This document shows, in pieces, positions 62,652 through 64,000 of a stretch of DNA of 64,000 bases (position 1 is the stretch's first letter; the number at the start of each line of letters is the position of its first letter). Below the pieces are notes generated by a model. That model did no database searches. It saw only the letters and a list, made by a program, of their open reading frames with translations, and was not told where the DNA came from. Source of the stretch: an uncultured Methanosarcinales archaeon (GTDB lineage: Archaea > Halobacteriota > Methanosarcinia > Methanotrichales > Methanotrichaceae); NCBI GenBank assembly GCA_963843555.1, contig CAWJKV010000015.1:41353-105352 (forward strand), written 5' to 3'. The translations under genes were made by a program, and so were the position numbers.

Positions 62652-62724
62652 AGCCGACTATCGGACTCGAACCGATGACCCCCTCCTTACCATGGAGGTG
62701 CTCTACCAACTGAGCTAAGTCGGC
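62652..62724 (-). tRNA. tRNA-Thr (GGT), bacterial type
   Basis: GCCGACT-TAGCTCAGTTGGTAGAGC-A-CCTCC-ATGGTAA-GGAGG-GGGTC-ATCGG-TTCGAGT-CCGAT-AGTCGGC-T; CCA not encoded. Confidence 0.96.
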
Positions 62725-62888
62725 GCGGGCGTCGAGTCTAGCTGTCGGCGGCGCTGGCCTGACGGCCCAGCGCGAGGCGCGAGCCGCAGTAGGTGTGGAG
62801 CAGGAGGAGGGCCCCCGCGAAGATCAGGAGATCGCCCACGCTCAGCACGTTGCCGATCGGCCAGGGGCCCCGCCTCACTCGGCCCGGT

Positions 62889-63670
62889 CTAGTCTTCGAG
62901 CTGGCCGGCGTAAAGCGCGAAGACAGCGCCCTGCGGATCGGCGACCACCGAGAACTTCGCGATCCCGATGTCGATCGGGCCGGCCAGCAGGCTGCCGCCC
63001 AGCTCCTGCGCCTTCGCTCCGGCGGCGTCGATGTCCTCGACGGCGAAGTAGACGAGCCAGTGCGGCGGCGTCCCCGGCGGGTTCGGCTCGTGCATGCCGC
63101 CGTTGGACCGCTCGCCGACCATCATCACGAAGTACTTCATCGGCATGTCCTCGAACGCGTCGAAGGTCCAGCCGAGGAGACCGCCGTAGAACGCCTGCGC
63201 CCCGTCGAGATCGGGGGTGGTGCAGCTCGTTCCAGCACATCGCGCCGGGCGCGTTCACGAGTCCCGCGCCGATGTTGTCGCGCGGCTCCCAGACCATGAA
63301 GTACGCGCCCTGCGGATCCTGCAGGACGGCCATGCGACCCGCCGTCATCACGTCGAACGCGGGCGTGTGGGCCGCGCCGCCGAGCTCCTTGGCACGCTCG
63401 ACCGCCGCGTCGGCGCTCTCCACCGTCACGTAGCTGTTCCACGCCGGTGGGGCGCCGGCGTCGCGCTGCTGCTCGGGCTGCGCGGAGATGGCGGCCACCG
63501 CCTTGTCGCCGACCAGCTGCATCGAGTAGTAGACGCCCTCGTCGCCGACGGGCAGGTCCTGCGACTTCCAGCCGGAGGCCTCCGTAGAACTCCTTGGCCG
63601 CCTCCTGATCGGTCGTGGAGAGGTCGGCCCAGCTGAATGTGCCCGGTGTGTATTTCGTTCGTTCGCCCAT
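62889..63670 (-). CDS. Two-domain VOC family protein (CFP32/Rv0577-like; frameshifts)
   Basis: PGTFSWADLST.D..AAK.FY, PPAWNSYVTV, GRMAVLQDPQGA, WNEL, HWLVYFAVED, DPQGAVF. Confidence 0.88.
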
Positions 63671-63725
63671 GCGCGCGAGGCTAGCGATCCTTCCCCCACG
63701 CCGTTGTTAAGGGGATGATTCGCCG

Positions 63726-64000
63726 ATGCGCACGTTCGATCCACGCTCCGTGGGCAAGCTGGAGACTCGCGCCTGGGAGACGTACTATCGCCGCAAGTGG
63801 GGCGCGTTCCTGGTCGCGTCGGTCGGACTTGTGCGCGCCGCGTTCGAGATGAGCTGGCGCGACACGCTCAAGGGGGCCTGGCTCGTCTTGCGCGCGAATC
63901 AGAAGTGGGCACCGTTCCCGGACAACGACCCGGACGCCGCCCGCACGCTGATGACCCAGTTCTACCGGCTGCTCGTGGCGAGTGAGGGAGCGAGCTTCAT
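63726..64000 (+). CDS. Hypothetical protein (partial)
   Basis: Open from ATG 63726 to the window end: MRTFDPRSVGKLETRAWETYYRRKW...RANQKWAPFPDNDPD. Confidence 0.7.
   Translation, partial: MRTFDPRSVGKLETRAWETYYRRKWGAFLVASVGLVRAAFEMSWRDTLKGAWLVLRANQKWAPFPDNDPDAARTLMTQFYRLLVASEGASF

Overview
Positions 1 to ~56465 are chromosomal DNA of a methanogenic archaeon, most consistent with Methanothrix (Methanosaeta). It carries methanogenesis marker 14, mfnB, the archaeal rpl18e-rpl13-rps9-rpoN-tRNA-Pro-rpoK-rps2-MEMO-mvk-ipk-fni-rnj-GGPP synthase superoperon, housekeeping genes, several lineage-specific secreted proteins, a vapBC pair between two duplicated NTPase remnants, a lower-GC UV/light-stress-like gene cluster and a decayed IS630 element with intact inverted repeats. 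At ~56465 the sequence switches abruptly, in the middle of a gene, to very GC-rich actinobacterial-type DNA: prepilin, GCS2 ligase, EgtC-like amidotransferase, hydrolase, cyclase, VOC proteins, MmyB regulator and a bacterial tRNA-Thr. This is most likely a chimeric join or binning contamination. Single-base frameshifts in many otherwise intact genes suggest low-accuracy long-read consensus. Best leads: (1) a tandem winged-helix DNA-binding domain fused to a hybrid histidine kinase whose phosphoacceptor His is replaced by Tyr and whose F-box is triplicated; (2) a stand-alone PriL-type Fe-S domain protein coupled to methanogenesis marker 14; (3) a multibranch RNA leader that occludes the rpl18e ribosome-binding site; (4) a candidate anti-Shine-Dalgarno sRNA; (5) a catalytically degenerate solo Cas4. 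No CRISPR array or rRNA was seen. All family assignments come from motif recognition by eye, not from database searches.
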